Below are positions 62,563 to 64,000 of a stretch of 64,000 nucleotides of DNA, in pieces; position 1 is the first letter of the stretch; each line of letters starts with the position of its first letter. Below the pieces are notes generated by a model. That model was not told the DNA's origin and made no database searches. It was given only the letters and a program-made list of their open reading frames with translations. The stretch comes from Lepidodermella squamata (Eukaryota; Animalia; Gastrotricha): contig JBLDXI010000055.1 in NCBI GenBank assembly GCA_047495785.1, forward strand, positions 1,488,001-1,552,000, in the 5' to 3' direction. Made by a program: the position numbers and the translations under genes.

Positions 62563-62789
62563 GTTTTTAGCAGAGAGTAAACATGAACCATTACGACTTA
62601 TTTTGCAGCCCTTCAAAGTATTAATGGCCGCTCCCAATCCCCATGCCGTGACCCGGTGATTCAGCTGATCGCAATTTGCAATGAACAAACCAGGACTTTT
62701 TGATTACCTGCGCTTAAGCTTGCTTTAAAACTGTTTTAGAAAAAATTGAATGATACCTTCTTTGTTTTCAATTTTAGAATTTGAAAACT

Positions 62790-63788
62790 ATGAAAACAGC
62801 ATTGGTTTTCCTTGCTGGTGTTTTGGCCGTGCAAGCCAACAACGGTATTCTCAATCACCTCTTTCCATGGCCTCTAAGCCAAGACGACTTGCATTTGGAG
62901 TTTGACCCGACTAAAGACGTCGTGTCGAAATACATTCCGCTTGAGTCGGCATATCTTGTAGGCAAACATGGAGAGAAAGGCCTTTACCTGCACAGCTCAG
63001 GAGCTATCTCTTTCCGCAACGACAGCGTTCCGCAGAATTCAGCCGGCATTTGTGGGCCTCAGAACGTGACCTTCCGCGGCATTGCGCCATTCTTGGCTCT
63101 CACCCGCTTCAACCAAGACAGCCGGGTAACTTATCGCGAAACCAACGACAAAGCACTGCTTCAACAAGCTGAATCTGAAATTGTTACATCGTACCCGATT
63201 TTCGAAGGTCTCAGGCTAGAGCGCATTTTCATTGCAACGTGGTTCAACCTACGACCGAGTGAAAATTACGCGTGCGAAAACACCTTCCAAACCGTTCTCG
63301 CCACAGACGGCACCTTCACCTTCGCCATCGTCAACTACATTCAAATGCAGTGGCCGGGTGAAAATCGTTGCAACGACGCGCCGTTAGAGGTTCGGGTCGG
63401 CTACGACAATCGCGAACACGGCCACGGCCATCGCCACGATATTCCTCTCTCCTGCCTGGCGAACGTCACCCTGGTGCAAACATCGTCGAACGTCAACATC
63501 CCCGGCAAGTACATTTACCGCTTGGATAACGCTGGCTTGAACTATCTTTCCTGGGCCTACCACTACATTCGAGATGTTTGGAGCATCTGGATGTGGTCTG
63601 GCTTGTTTTTGTCCTTCTCTTTTGGTATGCTCGTGAGCCTGTGCTGCGCTGCCTGTTGCTCGTGCTGCCTTGGCAGCTCGAAGAAAAAGCAGATGCGCCG
63701 TAAGTACCGTCGTCAAGCTAACGATTGCAACGTTAGCAGCATTCATCCTCCTGGCTACTCGGTTTACAACCCAGATGATTTTCTGTAA
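62790..63788 (+). CDS. NIDO-domain single-pass membrane protein, copy 2
   Basis: Tandem paralogue with the same NIDO motifs, TM helix, Cys cluster and PPGY. Confidence 0.85.
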   Translation: MKTALVFLAGVLAVQANNGILNHLFPWPLSQDDLHLEFDPTKDVVSKYIPLESAYLVGKHGEKGLYLHSSGAISFRNDSVPQNSAGICGPQNVTFRGIAPFLALTRFNQDSRVTYRETNDKALLQQAESEIVTSYPIFEGLRLERIFIATWFNLRPSENYACENTFQTVLATDGTFTFAIVNYIQMQWPGENRCNDAPLEVRVGYDNREHGHGHRHDIPLSCLANVTLVQTSSNVNIPGKYIYRLDNAGLNYLSWAYHYIRDVWSIWMWSGLFLSFSFGMLVSLCCAACCSCCLGSSKKKQMRRKYRRQANDCNVSSIHPPGYSVYNPDDFL

Positions 63789-64000
63789 GTTCATATGTTT
63801 GTTTATATGCCCGTATTTTTTAATTCGTTCTTATGTGCTTTAACAGCCCACCCAAGTATTGAAGTGTGGTCCATATCGTAAATTGAATTCGTGACTTTTA
63901 CCGTGCTGCTTAAAATTTGATTGAGAAAAGCTTGCATTTCGTCAATTTAAATAAAACATCGTAATTGCCGATGCACCTACAAGGCTTTTTATTATATGCC

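Overview
Gene-dense animal genomic DNA with mostly ~45-65 nt GT-AG introns, probably from a compact spiralian-type genome (inferred). The window opens with a 177-bp satellite array. Next come two divergent, tightly packed housekeeping clusters with operon-like spacing: ACAT2-CHMP1-YRDC on the minus strand, and activin type-II receptor-TBCD-two ATG16L-GON4L-ATRX on the plus strand. The rest is a tandem-duplication zone: three GABA-B-like class C GPCRs, an alpha-carbonic anhydrase, five Cys-loop receptor-related genes, a clan-3 P450 and two NIDO-domain membrane proteins, plus several non-autonomous transposons. The main finding is two intact paralogues (48518-49803 and 51194-52451) that look like nicotinic receptor subunits converted into pore-less, AChBP-like proteins. 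They keep the whole ACh aromatic box. The hydrophobic YPFD Cys-loop motif is replaced by a short loop carrying an N-glycosylation sequon, and M2-M4 are lost. A new GPI-signal-like C-terminus comes from a duplicated loop-C exon read in another frame. The full-length parent-type channel (PAK anion motif) sits next door. All gene models were spliced by eye.
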